A stretch of DNA of 64,000 bases from Anthoceros angustus (taxonomy: Eukaryota > Plantae > Anthocerotophyta): assembly GCA_010909165.1 (NCBI GenBank), contig MU008178.1, positions 880,369-944,368 of the forward strand, written 5' to 3'. Positions 34,079 to 48,700 of this stretch are shown piece after piece; position 1 is the stretch's first letter; the number at the start of each line of letters is the position of its first letter. The position numbers and the translations under genes are program-made. Under the pieces are notes generated by a model, which was given only the letters and a program-made list of their open reading frames with translations, ran no database searches and was not told the origin of the DNA.

Positions 34079-37000
34079 TCAGGGCTATGCACTCTGGGAG
34101 TTAAGAAACAAGTAGGGTTTGTTTTTTGGATTGAAGGATAAATAAGGCGAAAAGGAGGAATAAATTGGGGTAGCGCCGACGAGGCTCGAGTATACTCCGA
34201 CTGAGTGAACAACGGACCCCAGACCACTATGGCAAGCTCCCGACTACGCCGAGTAACGGATAAGTCCGAACCCACCCAGTGTCAAAATAGGATAAGTACG
34301 CCAGGAAAGTAACCTAGGAGCGAGGCGTGAGGATGACGAGGCGGCGCCACGGACGGCCCCGAGTGGAGGTCGGGCATGCAGAGGTCAGACCGTAACTTGC
34401 CGAGGCAGAGTATTGTATTCACGCCCGCGGCCGCGGCGAAGGCCGCAGCGGGCGTAGGGTCGAGTGCATGCACTGGCGCATGGACAACGAAGAGGCGCCT
34501 TCCGCCAGAAGCTTTCCACAAGCGGCCAAGGAGGGAGGTCATGGCCGCAGCCTCCGCAATCCTCAGCCCCTTGCGCCCGCAATCTCCGGGCGCCATCTTT
34601 TGGGCGCCCTTTAGAGCGTGCCATGGTTGGAGCAACAACGCGCGAAGGAGGAACATCGTGCCGACTCGCCGCCAGCCTACAACAAGAGGAGGAGAAGCAA
34701 TGGCACCCAAAAGCCGCGGAAGTCTGGGAGCCATGGACCGTGGAGCGCAACATTGTGACCCGCTATCCGGACTTCGGGCCCGGCCGGAGGAAGGGAATTG
34801 GTGCAGAGTGGCATCCGGACGTGTTCCAAATGGTCTCGACCTTTGACACTAGTCCGGAGTTTGCCCGAAGATGCCGGCGATCAACAAGGAGGTCCGATCC
34901 AAGAACCTCCGGAGGACTGAGGCGATGGACCTTGAGGTCCCGAGGATGGCCTACAACCGCCTCAAGGAGGAAGAAGGGCGGTGCCGAGCCCCTTAAGGCG
35001 AAGGGAAGATAGGGCCACGCGATGCCGAGGCTCGAACGCAGGGACAACCAACGGATGGTTGATATCCGATCCGCCGGATACCGAGTAAGGGCGGTAGCCC
35101 GATCATTGTCCATTGAACTCGCCACCAAGGTGGATCACCTTGGTGATAACCTGGTATTCTCGCATGCGCCCAATGGGAAGAGAGCGACTGGGAAGGATTA
35201 TCTTCGCCCGCCTGTGAGGCACGCAAGCTAAGGAGCGAGAAGCCTCGCCATCGGGCCGACCCCATACCGATTCATGTATGGGGACATTTCGAGCTCTAAG
35301 GAGGGAGAGCTTGAGCGGGCGCCTAAGGGGCCGGAGGCCCCGCTGGCAGAGCGTGCAAGGGCGCCTGAGGTGGGGGTCGCCCTTCAAGACCAAGGACTGG
35401 AGGAGGACGATCGAGGATTCCGACTCCATACGCCGGAGCGAACCCCTCACCACCTGTGGAAGTTTGGGAGGCGATTCCCTTCCTCCTTTTGGTGCCCTCC
35501 GAGCAGCAAGACAGAGGGAGCTGGCGGAGGGCGCTCCCACGCAACAATGCCAACAACCACGACGGCCGAGCCCCGACGAACTCAACGGGAGCCAAGAGGC
35601 GGAAGACGGTGCCGCTTACCAACGCAAAGACCTCGAAGGTGCCGACTTACCCCCGCCCACGAGTGGCAAGAGGTCAAGAGGCGGTAAGGAGGGCAGAAGG
35701 GACGTGGCCCAAGGAGCAGGAGGTCACCGCGCAGCCCCACCTCGAGGCCCCTGCCCCGGCTGTGAAGGGGCAAAAGAGCTTGCTCCCGACCCCTCACCTC
35801 CTCCGAGCCCTGTGAGAAAGAGGGCACAAAGGAGTTAGAGGCCAAGAGGGCCAAGAGGGTGAGACTGACTCACCACTCAGACCCGAGGGTCCCGATTAGG
35901 TCCGAGAACCCACCGACTTCCCGGATCATATGGAGGTCCTTGGCGGACGAGAAATGCCGGCTCCCACTACGGACTTTGTGGGGCCTCACGCGGCCGTGGA
36001 AGAAACACGGCGAAGTCCTGCTACATGGACGGAATGCTTTGGGGTCTCGTGGTACAGAGAAGACCTGGAAGTGGAGGCCACCCGAGGAGGATGGTGGAAC
36101 CCAAGAGCAAGTGAAGGCGCCAGGGGCAAAGGAAAGGCGGAGTCCTCGCCTGATCGAGGAAGGGAAACGCTGGCGAGCGCGAGGCCCGGCGGTTCACAGA
36201 TCGGGTTAAGGTTTCACCGGCAAATCAAGCAAGCCTGGGAGGCCCAAGCGGGCGGAGGACCTTGCAGCGGAGGGAAGCGCAGGAGGCGGAAGAGGCCCGG
36301 CACAAGAGAGAGCTGGACCGGAGGCGGCCCAGAGAGCGCCAAGTGGGCGAGGCCTGTAAAGGCGGCGAAGAGGGGTCGCAAGAAGAGCGACCGGATCACT
36401 ACAGACGGATCGGAACCGTGGAGAGAGTAGAAAATGAGGCTAAGGGCCGACAAAGGCCATGGAGGAGTAAGGGCCAGACTGGAGATAGGATCTCCGAGTA
36501 CACCGCAGGAGGTAGAGGAGAGGCGCAGATGGAGGACAAGGACACGCCGAGCTACAACCCAAGATGCGTAAAGCAGTGATTCTCAACGAGAGAATCCACG
36601 ACGAGCACGAAATAGAGTGCCCGGCTCAAGACGGAGGAAAATCGGCATCATCCAAGGAGTTGGACGCTGCTGCCATGTATGAGCCGGAGGAAGTCCGAGC
36701 CTGGACGGAGGTATCCGACCGCCTGAGAGGGAGCCGCGAGCTAAAGGCCGTAATGAACGGAGGAGCGCGAGCACGGAAGCGTAAAAGCCGCCGTCCAAAA
36801 AAGGCGGAAGGGAACGCCGCGCTATGGCGGTAAGGCAATGGAGAGGAAACGACGGAGGAAGTGGAGCAACAGGCAGCAGGAGGTGACCGAGGCCGCTAGC
36901 CTCGCGTGATACACCGGCCCACCACAACAGAGAGGTGGCCCAACAAGCCGGGCAAAGACGCCCTCCCTAACACTTATGGCGAGGGAGTATCGGTGCCCGC

Positions 37001-39042
37001 ACACGTGGAAGAGGCAATTCAACAAGTCGATCGACTTTGCCTATTACCACCGAGCTCCCAAGAGAAGCCTCGACTCACGAAACGGACGGCCCCCGGAAGG
37101 CTCAAGGAGATGAAGGCCAGGGACAAAGACAGGACCCTAGTGGCCCCTGCTTGAGATGACGGAGCGGAGAGGAGCAGGAGGAGAACGAGGAGCGCGATGC
37201 GATCGAGGTAAGCACCCCGCACCTCACCATGGAAGGAGGCCAAGGAGTCACTGCGATCGAATGGAGGACTTGAGGGAGAGCCACTGAGGAGTCCCGTGAG
37301 GGAGGAAACCTGGGCGGAGTCCGGACTTTGTCCGGACTGAGGGAGGCCGGACCTCAAGTCCGGACTCGAATAAGTCCGACTCAAGTCCCAGAATAAGTCC
37401 GACTCAAGTCCGGACCGAATGTCCGACCCCGAGGTCCGGACCCCTGACAAGGTCGGACCTCGACCTGAAGCCGGACTCAAGTTCGAGTCGAGACAGACCT
37501 CGAGGACCGGATCACGAAGAAGGAGGAGCCCCTTCGACTTACGCTTAGGGGAGCCGAGAGGTGGCCCAACAAGCCGGGCAAAGACGCCCAACACACTTAT
37601 GGCGAGGGAGTATCGGCGCACACGTGGAAGAGGCAATTCCAACAAGTCGATCACTTTGCCTATTACCACGCCGAGCCCTCAAGGCGAGAAGCCTCGACGC
37701 CGAAACTGACGGCCCCTCGGAAGGCTCAAGGAGATGAAGGCCACGGGATGACAGGACCCTAGTGGCCCCTGCTTGAGATGACGGAGCGCGGAGAGGAGCA
37801 AATGAGGAGGTAACGAGGAGCGGATGCGATCGAGGTAAGCACCCCGCACCTCACCATGGAAGGAGGGCCAACGGCGAGTACCGGGCGATCGGGAATGGAG
37901 GACTTCGAGGGAGAGCCACGAGGAGTCCCGTGAGGGAGGAAACCTGGTGTGAGTCCGGACTTTGTCCGGACCCTGAGGGGAGGGACCAAGTCCGGACCAA
38001 TAAGTCCGACTCAAGTCCGGACCAATAAGTCCGACCAAGTCCGACCTGAATAACCGACCGAGGTCCGGACCCTGCAGACAAGGTCGGACCTAGCCACGGA
38101 CCTGTGAATAAGCCGACAAGTTCGTGAGAGAGACCCCGAGGACCGCAAGAAGGAGGAGCCCCTTCGACTTACGCTTAGGGGAGCCGATAGGGGTGGCCCC
38201 ACCGGGCGAAGGACCTGGGAGGCCGTGGAGGATGACGCCGTGGTAACGGCGGTCGATCACCCGCAGAGCCCAACCCGGCTGTGATTCCGGGAGAGGAGGG
38301 GCCCGCCACGGATCATCCGATTGCGCACCACAACCGCTGTGACGGGGATTGACCACCCATTCCGAGGGGGCCTGTGACCTTCCCACTACGGCAAGGAGAT
38401 AGGGGGAAATAGGGGTAGGCGTCGATTAGGGTATACCGAGCTATCACCGTAATAGGGGTGTAATAAAGACGCCACCTTGGGCGCAGATAAGAGGGCCGAG
38501 GTCGCCTAGTAAAGCATCTTTCTCTTGGTGTTGATGCCGCTCTGCACCTTTGTGAGTCTTCTTGCTAACGTGAGTCCCGAGTCACCGAAAGGTGCAGCCC
38601 GGGAGATTGATCAAGGTCCCGTGACGACTTAACGCTGTGGTGTGTGCGTGGAAGGGTGATCCGACTGCTCCCGAGTCCGCACCGAACGACTGAACGTGGA
38701 GCCGGAGGAACTCCGGAGGGCGTGTAGAGCCCGGACGAGAGGCCCGCGAACGACGAGGAGGTCCGGATCGAATCGCGCCTTTTTCTAAGATCAAGAGTGT
38801 AGCGTGAGGAGAGAGGAAAGGACCGATGCGTGAGGATGGTGAACGATACGGACGAACGGGTCTAAACGCTTGGCCATACCGGCCCAGACGGTGAACGCGA
38901 GTGAGTAGGGAGTATGAGACCGAACGAGCGCTAAGGACGAAGAATCACCAAACGCTAAACGGGCCTATCATTCCCTTTGGGAACGGACTTCTTCCTACAA
39001 CGGGATTGTGGCGCTACCGCCATCAAGAAAAGTCACGCCACA
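34079..39042 (+). mobile_element. 5' LTR (~4.96 kb)
   Basis: Starts TCAGGGCTATGCAC (variant of TGTGGGCTATGCAC), ends GTCACGCCACA, followed by the PBS. Confidence 0.9.
34700..37340 (+). pseudogene. LTR-embedded accessory ORF, 5' LTR copy
   Basis: ATG at 34700 (MAPKSRGSLGAMD). The same peptide blocks occur in the same order as in the solo LTR (ORFs 34376..34846, 35022..35231, 35274..35687, 36564..36833, 36906..37154). Confidence 0.65.
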
Positions 39043-39046
39043 TTTT

Positions 39047-39062
39047 TGGCGCTGCTGGGGAA
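39047..39062 (+). promoter_or_regulatory. Primer-binding site of the Gypsy element (duplicated at ~40193)
   Basis: TGGCGCTGCTGGGGAA follows LTR-end CA plus TTTT. TGGCG starts are typical of Athila/Tat-type PBSs; the tRNA was not assigned. Confidence 0.75.
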
Positions 39063-40462
39063 TGAAATCGGTCTGGTGCCGCAGCGCGCCCTTAGGAAGA
39101 GAAGGTAAGTGAATGCGTCGGTCGAGCGACTCACCAAGAGTGAACTGGGAGGATCGGACGTGGTCACCTCGCTCCTCCGAGCCGTGAGAGGGAGAGACGC
39201 CAAACCCAACGAGAGCACCGCCGATCGAGGAGGGAGAACGTGTCGAATTGACCAAGACGAGTACGGGTACAAGGGACGCCAACGGAAGAAGGTAGGACAG
39301 CCACGCCTAACCCATGGCGGCAGCATGGCCCCTACCGACCAAACAAGCATCTATATTCGGAGGAAGAAGGAGCGGATGCGAGACCTTTGTGGAGGACTTC
39401 ATGTCCAAAGCCAACTTCAACGGAGAGGGAGTCGACGCAGCCATCCAAATTTTCCAAGGGGTTCTCCGAGGACACCGCTCAATGGTATCGGAGAAAGTAC
39501 CGACCACGGAGAATGCCCCACCCGCCTCGCTTGAAGCTTTGAAAATGCCTTCTTAGAACGGTTTCGAGGGATCGACCAGAGGGGTATGTATTATCAAAGT
39601 TGGAAAATCAAGCGAGGAAGAAGGAGAAGCCGGGCTCAGACATCGAGCGGTTCTATGCCCGAGGGATCGATCCAACCCATACCACGATGCAAGCGACGGT
39701 GGTTCGCGCGGTCTAGCCAAACCCATGCACGCCGCCGAGAAGGACGTGGGCAAGAGCGGCCGAAAACTACGAGGAATCGCTACATCGAGGATAAAGAAAT
39801 CCAAGGAGGCAAGAAGAAGAAGAAGAAACGGGTTCGACCGAGGAGGAAGAGTCTTGAGGAGGAGGAAGACCAATCGAGGTGTCTTCGGAGGAGGTCCGGA
39901 AGAACCGCGGCTTTTCTAAGATCAAGAGTGTAGCGTGAGAGAGAGAGGAAAGGACGATGCGTGAGGATGCGTGAACGATACGGACGCGAACGGGTCTCAA
40001 ACGCTTGGCCATACCGGCCCAGACGAACGTTGTGAGTAGTTAGGAGTATGTGTGTTGAGACCGAACGAGCGCTAAGGACGGTAAGAATCACCAAACGCAG
40101 AACGGGCCTATCATTCCCTTTGGGAACGGACTTCTTCCTACAACGACACGGATTGTGCGCCTACCGCCATCAAGAAAAGTCACGCCACATTTTGGCGCTG
40201 CGGGAATGAAATCGGTCTGCAGGCCGCAGTGCGCCCTTAGGAAGAGAAGGTAAGTGAATGGCGAGCGACGGCCAAGAGTGAACCGTCGGAGGATCGGACG
40301 TCACCTCGGTCCGAGCCGTGAGAGGGAGAGACGCCAAACCCAACGAGAGCACCGCCGATCGAGGAGGGAGAACGTGGTCGTTTTGACCAAGACGAGTACG
40401 GGTAAGGGACGCCAACGGAAGAAGGTAGGACAGCCACGCCTAACCCAATCGATGGCGCACCC

Positions 40463-43400
40463 ATGGCCCCTACCTCGACCAAACAAGCGCTCCATATTCG
40501 AGGAAGAAGGAGCGGATGCGAGACCTTTGTGGAGGACTTCGTGTCCAAAGCCAACTTCAACGGAGAGGGAGTCGACGCCACATCCATTTTCCAAGGGGTT
40601 CTCCGAGGACACCGCTCAATGGTATCGGAGAAAGTACCGACCACCGGAGAATGCCCCACCCGCCTGCTTGAAGCTTTGAAAATGCCTTCTTAGAACGGTT
40701 TCGAGGATCACCGTGAGGGGTATGTATTATCAAAGTTGGAAAATCAAGCGAGGGAAGGAGAAGCCGGGCTCAGACATCGAGCGGTTCTATGCCCGAGGGA
40801 TCGGCATCCAACCCATACCACGATGCAAGCGCAGACGGGTTCGGCCGGTCTAGCCAAACCCATGGCTGTGCACGCCCCGCCGAGAAGGACGTGGCAAGGC
40901 GGTCGAGCGCCAAAACTACGAGGAATCGCTACATCGAGGATAAAGAAATCCAAGGAGGCAAGAAGAAGAAGAAGAAACGGGTTCGGGATCGAGGAGGAAG
41001 AGTCTTCGAGGAGGAGGAAGACCAATGAGGTGTCTTCGAGGAGGAGCAGTCCAAGAAGAGACGGAGGTCTCTAGCGAGGAAGAGTATCCCGCAAGAAGAA
41101 GAGCAAGAAGGCCCCGCTAAAAAGAAGTGGTAAGAAGGAGGTGGTGACACCAAGACCGTCCGAGAAGCTCCGCCGACCCGACTCCCTCAAAGGAGGTAGC
41201 AGTCCGCGGGAGGACCCGGAAAAGTGATAAAGAGAGTAGAGGACCGCGATAAACTGTTAAGGACCGAGCGCGGAAAACACCGACTACGCGAACGTGTGCC
41301 AAGAACACGGCCATTCAAGTCCAACCGCCTCAAGGCCGGCATCAAGTGGACTACGAATACGAGGAGGAGGCCGAGGAGCAATGGGAAGAGGCCTATCGTG
41401 CATGTGAAGCCCCTCCGGGCCGCGATATCCCAAAACCATGTATCCGCCAACCGGAGGTCCACAATACAACGGGCCCCACCGATGCAAAGACCGCATGGGA
41501 GCCCCTTCGTATCCTCCGACGGCCGTGGTCTGGAACGGGAATCTCGCCATTACTCCAACGCGTGTCCGCACTCAACGAGGTGGTAATGGGGACTTCGAGC
41601 GTGGTGGCGATCGCAAGGTGCATATGACAGCAAGACGCTATGTCCCAACCCCGCACAAGGACGACGATATGCCACACCAAGCGGAGAACTCGACCACCAA
41701 CGCCACCTCCTAAGATCACACGGCAAGTCAAGATGCTGGTGAGGGAAGAGATTCCCAGGTACGCGAGATGGAAAAGAACAAGAAGGTACGTGGGGTGTCG
41801 AAAGGAAGGGAGTCGTGGAAATCTTGAGGTGTCTACTGTGAGTCAAGGAAGGAGCGACGAGAAAGGCGCCATGAAGAAGAACAAGATCGAGGAAGCGCCA
41901 CGACGCCGAGGAAGGCAATCAAACCAAATGCAGAGGATCCGACCGATGAAGGAGGGCTGGACGGCAGCTCACGGGAGGGATTACCCAAGGAAGTTCTCCG
42001 CAGATGTGGAGAAGGAACGGTGCCTCCCGCGACGCATTTCCACCGGACGTAGTCCGGAGGTGACCGAGATGTTGCAGGAGGAAATGCGCAAGCATCCGGA
42101 GAATACCGTAATGGCGTGACCGGGAGAGGATGAGGACGCAGCAGGATCCTCGATTGGGGTAGAAGCCTCGCCTTTAATGTGGCGGACCGATGATGAATCG
42201 AAGACCTTGTGTCCTTTCGACAACCGAGGGATAACCCAAATACCGGCAAGAGGTCCGCTGGCCGTTAGGGAAACCCAGCCCCGAGCACCAAAGCCGTGAA
42301 GGGTAGCACAGTGAAGTGAGGGTGGTGTCCCATACGACCTGTGGGCGCCAGTGGTACAAGTGGAGATTGGATGTATCATCAAGGATGTACTGCTGGACAC
42401 GGGTCCGAGTCAACCTCATCACCGCCACGACGAAAATTGGGCTTCACATCCTTCAACCTCAACGAAGACTCGAGAATGGCGTATATGTCAAGAAGAGATC
42501 CGGGGAGTTAACCGAGTCTTGGCCACCATAGCGCACCCTACAAACCGGATTTTGTTGTGATCAAACCGCCGGACCATTAGGGTATGAGGTGTTGTCTGCG
42601 GCCGGGTTGGCCTGCAAAGCTACACTTTGGAAGGAAGGAGATTCACTTCAAGCCACTGGGACCCTAAGGTGCGAGAAGGGAGGGTTGCTATCACCGGAGC
42701 AAGGACACCTATTGTGGGGAAACCGTGAGCACAAGGGTATACCGGAGGACTCCACGGCGACGAACAAGATAGTTCCGAGGAGGCGACTTTCGCCAAGATC
42801 CGCCGGTCCGAGGAGGAGATGGACTACCGCGGATGCCTTTGGTGCGGAAGTGGTTGATTGTTTTGAGTAAACGCCACAACGGGCCGGAGGAAGTGAAGAG
42901 GAGGTCGGACAAAGACAAGGGGAGACAACAAGAGTCGGACCAAGGAAAAGACATCAAGGAGTAACACGATTCACCTCCGACGAGCTCTTCAGAATGGGGA
43001 TGCGAGAGGACGATCCCGAGAGGAGGACGAGGGGTTTGGACGCAGCGAGGCAAAGACGAACGGAGACGGTGAACCCGGACGACGTGGAAGAAGTGGAGGT
43101 CCGCCAGCAAATTCTCAAGTTTAAGAAAGGCATGCCTCCTGACCAAGGAAGGACTAAAGCAACTGGGGAGTTTTATGAGGTGTTCGCCTTCAAGGTCACG
43201 ACATGAAGGGCATTCAAGAAGTGGGAGAGCATAAGATCGATTTGAAGCCGTGAGCGTGCCACCGAATCCGACAATACAAGCTCAACCCCAAGTATTCGAT
43301 CAAGGTGAAGGAGGTCCTTGATAAGTACCGGAGGCAGACATCATTTTCCCCATCGTCAGTGGGTCACCGATTGTGGTGGTTCCCAAGAAACCAGACAAAT

Positions 43401-45662
43401 TCGGTATGCCAAGATTGAGGAAGCTCAAGAACGAGAAGGACCACTTCCGATGCCATTCAGAGACGACATTTTGGACAAGGTGGACGGACTACTTACTCCT
43501 TCCTCGGATGGCTACTCCGGATACAACCAATTGCACCTAAGGGAGTTTGACCGGGACAAGACGACCTTCACTACGAGTGGGGTACGCTTGCCTACAAGAG
43601 AAGTGCCTTTGGGATGACCGAGCGCCTGTGGTCGCTCATGCGATGGTGACCAACGCCTTCCGTGACTTCGAGGGACTTCATGGAGATATTCCCGGATGAT
43701 TTTGTGTGCATGGGGAGCGGACAAACACCTTGGGCATCTAAGAAGGTGCTTGAGCGCCGGAGACTCCAATTGAGCCTACACCCGAGAAATGCTACTTTGG
43801 AATGACGGAGGGAATCTTGTCGACATCGTGTGGCTGGAATCGAGGTGGACCAGACAAGGTCCGGTCATCCGCCTCCACCGACGAACCTAAAGGAGCCGAG
43901 AGGTTTCGGAATGGTGGGATACTACCGTTTATTAAGGACTTTGCTAAGAGGGCGCTAAGTTGATGTAACCATCGCGAAGGAGGAGGTTTGGACCGTCAGT
44001 GGAGCGAGAGGAGGCCTTCGGATTTACGTAACACCTTGGTAAGCGCACCGTTCTAAGAGGACCGGATCGAGCAAGAAATTTCATGTGTATGTAGACGTGT
44101 CCGCTTTTGCTATCGGAGTAGTGCCGAGCCGTATGACGAAGGGATTATCCCGTATACTACCGGACGATCACCCACGCTGAACGAAAATACACAACTACAG
44201 AGCGGGTAATCGGGTATGGTATATGCCGTCAAGAAATTCGACACTACCGCTACCCAAAGTGAGTTTGTGTTCTATGTAGACCACTTTGCGTCAAGCATCC
44301 GTGAATAAGGCGGACCGTCCGGACGGATAGCAAGGTGGATATTGTTGCCGCAGGAGTTCACGTCAAGTGGAAACAAGACAAGGGAGGCAGACCAAAATGC
44401 GATTTCCCACGATTGAAAACAGGTGTTGAGAGATCGTGAAGATGCTCCTGGATGAGACATTGGTTGCCGCAAAAGTACAACCGGAGGAGCCCATGACAAC
44501 CCCAAGCTACGAGAACGCAGCCTTAGCGGAGAAGGGAGGTCCGCCGCCGTCCGACCCACGAAGAAATAGAGCGACCTCAGGGAATGGAGCTTCCAAAATC
44601 ACTCGTGGATGAGGGAGGCATTCGCACTATGCTCGACCCTTCGTAATGTACAACGGTGTGTGTTCAAATTAGGGCCTGACGGAGTAGAACGAAGGTACTT
44701 GCAACCGCAGACAGAGCCAGGGAATGCACGAAGGATTGGGGAGGACACTACGCAAAGACAGTCACCACCAAAAGATTTTGAAGCGGATACCGGCCAACAA
44801 TGTATGGGGACACCCACCGCTTAGAAGAAGTTGTCACGGATCGGAAAGCCAACCCCGACGACGCTTACCGATTGGCACCGCACCTTCAAAAGTGGGTATT
44901 GACTTTGTTGGACCCATATCCCACGACAAGACACACACAAAGGAGATACATCCCGTGGCAACACCACTGTGTGGGTAGAGGCATGACAAGAACGGACTCG
45001 CAAATACCGTGGCCAAATTCTGACGAGAACATCATAACCCGACGGATGTCCGCCGCTGGTAAGTGATAGGGGAACCCATTTCCTTAATGATGTGGTGGCC
45101 GCCATGACGGAGTATTTCGCATCAATCATCGCAAGACGGCACCCTACAATCCTAAGGCCAATGGCCAGAGAAGACAAATGGGCTCATCCGCAGGATCAAT
45201 AAACTCACAGGAACTACGCCCATGATCGATACTAAGCCGCCATCCGACTGTATGCCCGACAGAGAAGGTGACCACACAACGGACCCTTACTTGACCTACG
45301 ACACCTCCCGTAATGCCGAGAGTTTGAAGTGCCCACTTTTCGAGTAATGATGGAAGGAGACCGACAAGAGGAAAGCCACCGAGCGACTCTTTTGCAAGAC
45401 ACGAGGATGTGGAAGAAGCTCACAAGATGCAATGCAAAACCAAATAAAGATTTGGCACGATCGCCGATCATGGAATCGAGTATGTAAAGGAAGGGACCGC
45501 CCTCCTTTATGATAGTCATACATGCATTTTCCGTGCAAACTTCACCGAGATGGATGGGTCCGCATCAAGTGGTGCAAGTATATGACAACGGGTCCGGTCC
45601 GCCCACGACCTAGATGGAGAGTCGCTGCCCACTGTGAACGGGTGGCGGTGAAGAAGTATCAT
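40463..45662 (+). pseudogene. Gypsy gag-pol (frameshifted); the gag N-terminus is also duplicated at 39314-39900
   Basis: Gag FVEDFVSKANF...FQGVLRG, protease VLLDTG (~42385), RT DGYSGYNQ...DRDKTTFTT...FMEIFPDDF (43505-43705), RNase H HVYVDVSAFAIG (~44085), integrase GIDFVGPI (~44895) and a C-terminal GPHQVVQVYDNG. Confidence 0.9.
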
Positions 45663-45689
45663 GCTTAGTGTTGGCGAGACGCCAATGAT

Positions 45690-45701
45690 GAGAAGGGAGT
45701 A
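45690..45701 (+). promoter_or_regulatory. Polypurine tract
   Basis: GAGAAGGGAGTA immediately before TGTGGGC, about 30 bp after the integrase end. Confidence 0.85.
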
Positions 45702-48700
45702 TGTGGGCTATGCACTCGGGAGTTAAGAAATAAGTAGGGTTTCGCTTTTTAGGATTGAAGGATAAATAAGGCGGAAAAGGAGGAATAAATTGGGGTAGCG
45801 CCGGACGAGGCTCGAGTATACTCCGACTGGAGTGAACAACGGACCCCTACTATGGCAAGCTCCGACTACGCCGAGTAACGGATAAGTCCGAACCCACCCA
45901 GTCAAAATAGGATAAGTACGCCAGGAAAGTAACCTAGGAGCGAGGCGTGAGGATGACGAGGCGGCGCCACGTGGACGGCCCCGAGTGGAGGTCGGCATGC
46001 AGAGGTCAGACCGAACCGCGAGGCCGCAGGCAGTATTCACGCCCGGCCGGCGGCGCGAAGGCAGTAAGCGCGAGGGTCGAGTAAGCCATGCACTCGCGCT
46101 GGACAACGAAGAGGCGCCTTCCGCCGAAGCATTTTCCACAAGCGCCAAGGAGGGAGGTCATGCGCAGCCTCCGCATAATCCTCACACCCTTGCGCCCGCA
46201 ATCCGCTCGCGCTATCTTTTGGGCGCCCAGAGCGCGCACACAAGGTTGGAGCAAGAACGCGCGAAGGAGGAACATCGTGCCACGGACTCCGCCACAAAGA
46301 ACAAGAGGAGGAGAAAGCAATGGCACCCAAAAGCCGGAGTCTGGGAGCCATGGACCGTGGAGCGCAACATTGTGACCCGCTATCCGGACCGCCCGGCCGG
46401 AGGAAGCAGTGGAATTGGTGCGGGAGTGGCATCCGGACGTGTTCCAAATGGTCTCGACCTTTGACAACCACTCTAGTCCGGAGTTTGCCCGAAGATGCCG
46501 GGCGGCGATCAACAAGGAGGTCCGATCCAAGAACCTCCGGAGGACCCGAGGCGATGGACCTTGAGGTCCCGAGGATGGCCTACAACCGCCAAGGAGGAAG
46601 AAGGGGCGTGGTGCCGAGCCCCTTAAGGCGGGAAGATAGGGCCGCCACACGGCCGAGGCTCGAACGCAATGGACAACCAACGGATGGTTGATATCCGATC
46701 CGCCGGATACCGAGTAAGGGCGGTAGCCCGGATCATTGTCCATTGAACTCGCCACCAAGGTGGATCACCTTGGTGATAACCCTGGTATTCTCGCATGCGC
46801 CCAATGGGAAGAGAGCGACCGGGAAGGATTATCTTCGCCTGCTCGCCAGAGGCACGCAAGCTAAGGAGCGAGAAGCCTCGCCATCGGGGCGACCCCATAC
46901 CGATTCATGTATGGGGACATTTCGAGCTCCTCAAGGAGGGAGAGCTTGAGCGGGCGCCTAAGGGCCGGAGGCCCCGTAAGTAGAGCGTGCAAGGGCGCCT
47001 GAGGTGGGGGTCGCCCTTCAAGACCAAGCGACTGGAGGAGGACGATCGAGGATTCCTGACTCCATACGTCTGAGCGAACCCCTCACCACCTGTGGAAGTT
47101 TGGGAGGCGATTCCCTTCCTCCTTTTGGTGCCCTCCGAGCACCAAGACAGGAGGGAGCCGATGCCGGAGGGCGTTGGCGGCCCGCACCTAACAATACAAC
47201 AACACGACCGGCCGAGCCCCGACGAACTCAACGGGAGTCAAGAGGCTAAGACGGTGCCGCTTACCAACGCAAAGACCTCGTAGGTGCCGCATTTACCCCG
47301 CCACCTGAGTGGCAAGAGGTCAAGAGGCGGTAAGGAGGGCGTAGGGGACGTGGCCCAAGGAGGGAGGTCACCGCGCAGCCCCACCTCGAGCCGGCCCCTG
47401 CCCGGGCAAAAGAGCTTGCTCCTGACCCCTCACCTCCTCCGAGCCCTGTGAGAAAGAGGGCACAAAGGAGTTAGAGGCCAAGAGGGCCAAGAGGGTGAGA
47501 CTCTGACTCACCACTGTGACCCGAGGGTCCCGATTAGGTCCGAGAACCCACCGACTTACTCCGGATCATGGATGGAGGTCCTTGGCGATCGAGAAATGCC
47601 GGCCCCACTACGGACTTTGTGGGGCCTCACTCACCGGCCGTGGAAGAAACACGGCGAAGTCCTGCCACCGCCATGGACGGAATGCTTTGGGGTCTCGGTA
47701 CATGAGAAGACCTGTGAAGTGGAGGCCACCCGAGGAGGATGGTGGAACCCAAGAGCAAGTGAAGGCCCAGGGGCAAAGGAAAGGCGGAGTCCTCGCCGGA
47801 TCGAGGAAGGGAAACGCCGGGTGGCGGAGCGCGAGGCCCGGTTCACAGATCGGGTTAAGGTTCTTCACAGGCGAACAAACAAGCTCAGAGGCCCAAGCGC
47901 TGGGCGGAGGACCTTGCAAGAGGGAAGCGCAGCAGAGGCTAAGAGGCCCGGCACAAGCAGAGAGCTCGGACCGGAGGCGGCCCGGCCAGAGGGCCAAGTG
48001 GGCGAGGCCTGTAAAGGCGGCGAAGGAGCCTGTCACAAGAAGAGCGACCGGATCACTACAGACGTGATCGAACCGTGGAGAGAGTCACAGCCGAGAGGCT
48101 CAAGGCCGCACAAAGGCTATGGAGCAGGGCCAAGACTGGGAGATAGGGGATCTCCGAGTACACAGGAAGTAGAGGAGAGGCAGCAGATGGAGGATGCAAG
48201 GACACGCTGAGCTACAACCCAAGATGCGCTTGAGCAGCAGTGATTCTCAACGAGAGAATCCACGACTCGAGCACGAAGTAGAGCCTCTGGCTCAAGACGG
48301 AGGAAAATCGCGACTATCCAAGGAGTTGGACGCTGCTGCTGCGTATGAGCCGGAGGAAGTCCGAGCCTGGACGGAGGTATCCGACCGGAGAGGGAGTCAT
48401 GAGCTAAAGGCCGTAATGAACGGAGGAGCGAGCACGGAAGCGTAAAAGAAGCCGGTCCACCGAGAAAGGCGGAAGGGAACGCCGCGCTATGGCGGTAAGC
48501 CGGGCAATGGAGAGGAAACGACGGAGCCGGAGCAGTGGAGCAACAGCCGGTACCGCAGGAGGTGACCGAGCCTCAGGATTGTACCCCGGCCCCACCACAA
48601 CCGGGCAGAGAGGTGGCCCAACAAGCCGGGCAAAAGACGCACCCCAACACTTATGGCGAGGGAGTATCGGTGCCCGCACACGTGGAAGAGGCACCAACAA

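Noticed and set aside
39047-39062. tRNA gene
   Set aside because: Only a short PBS complementary to a tRNA 3' end; no cloverleaf.
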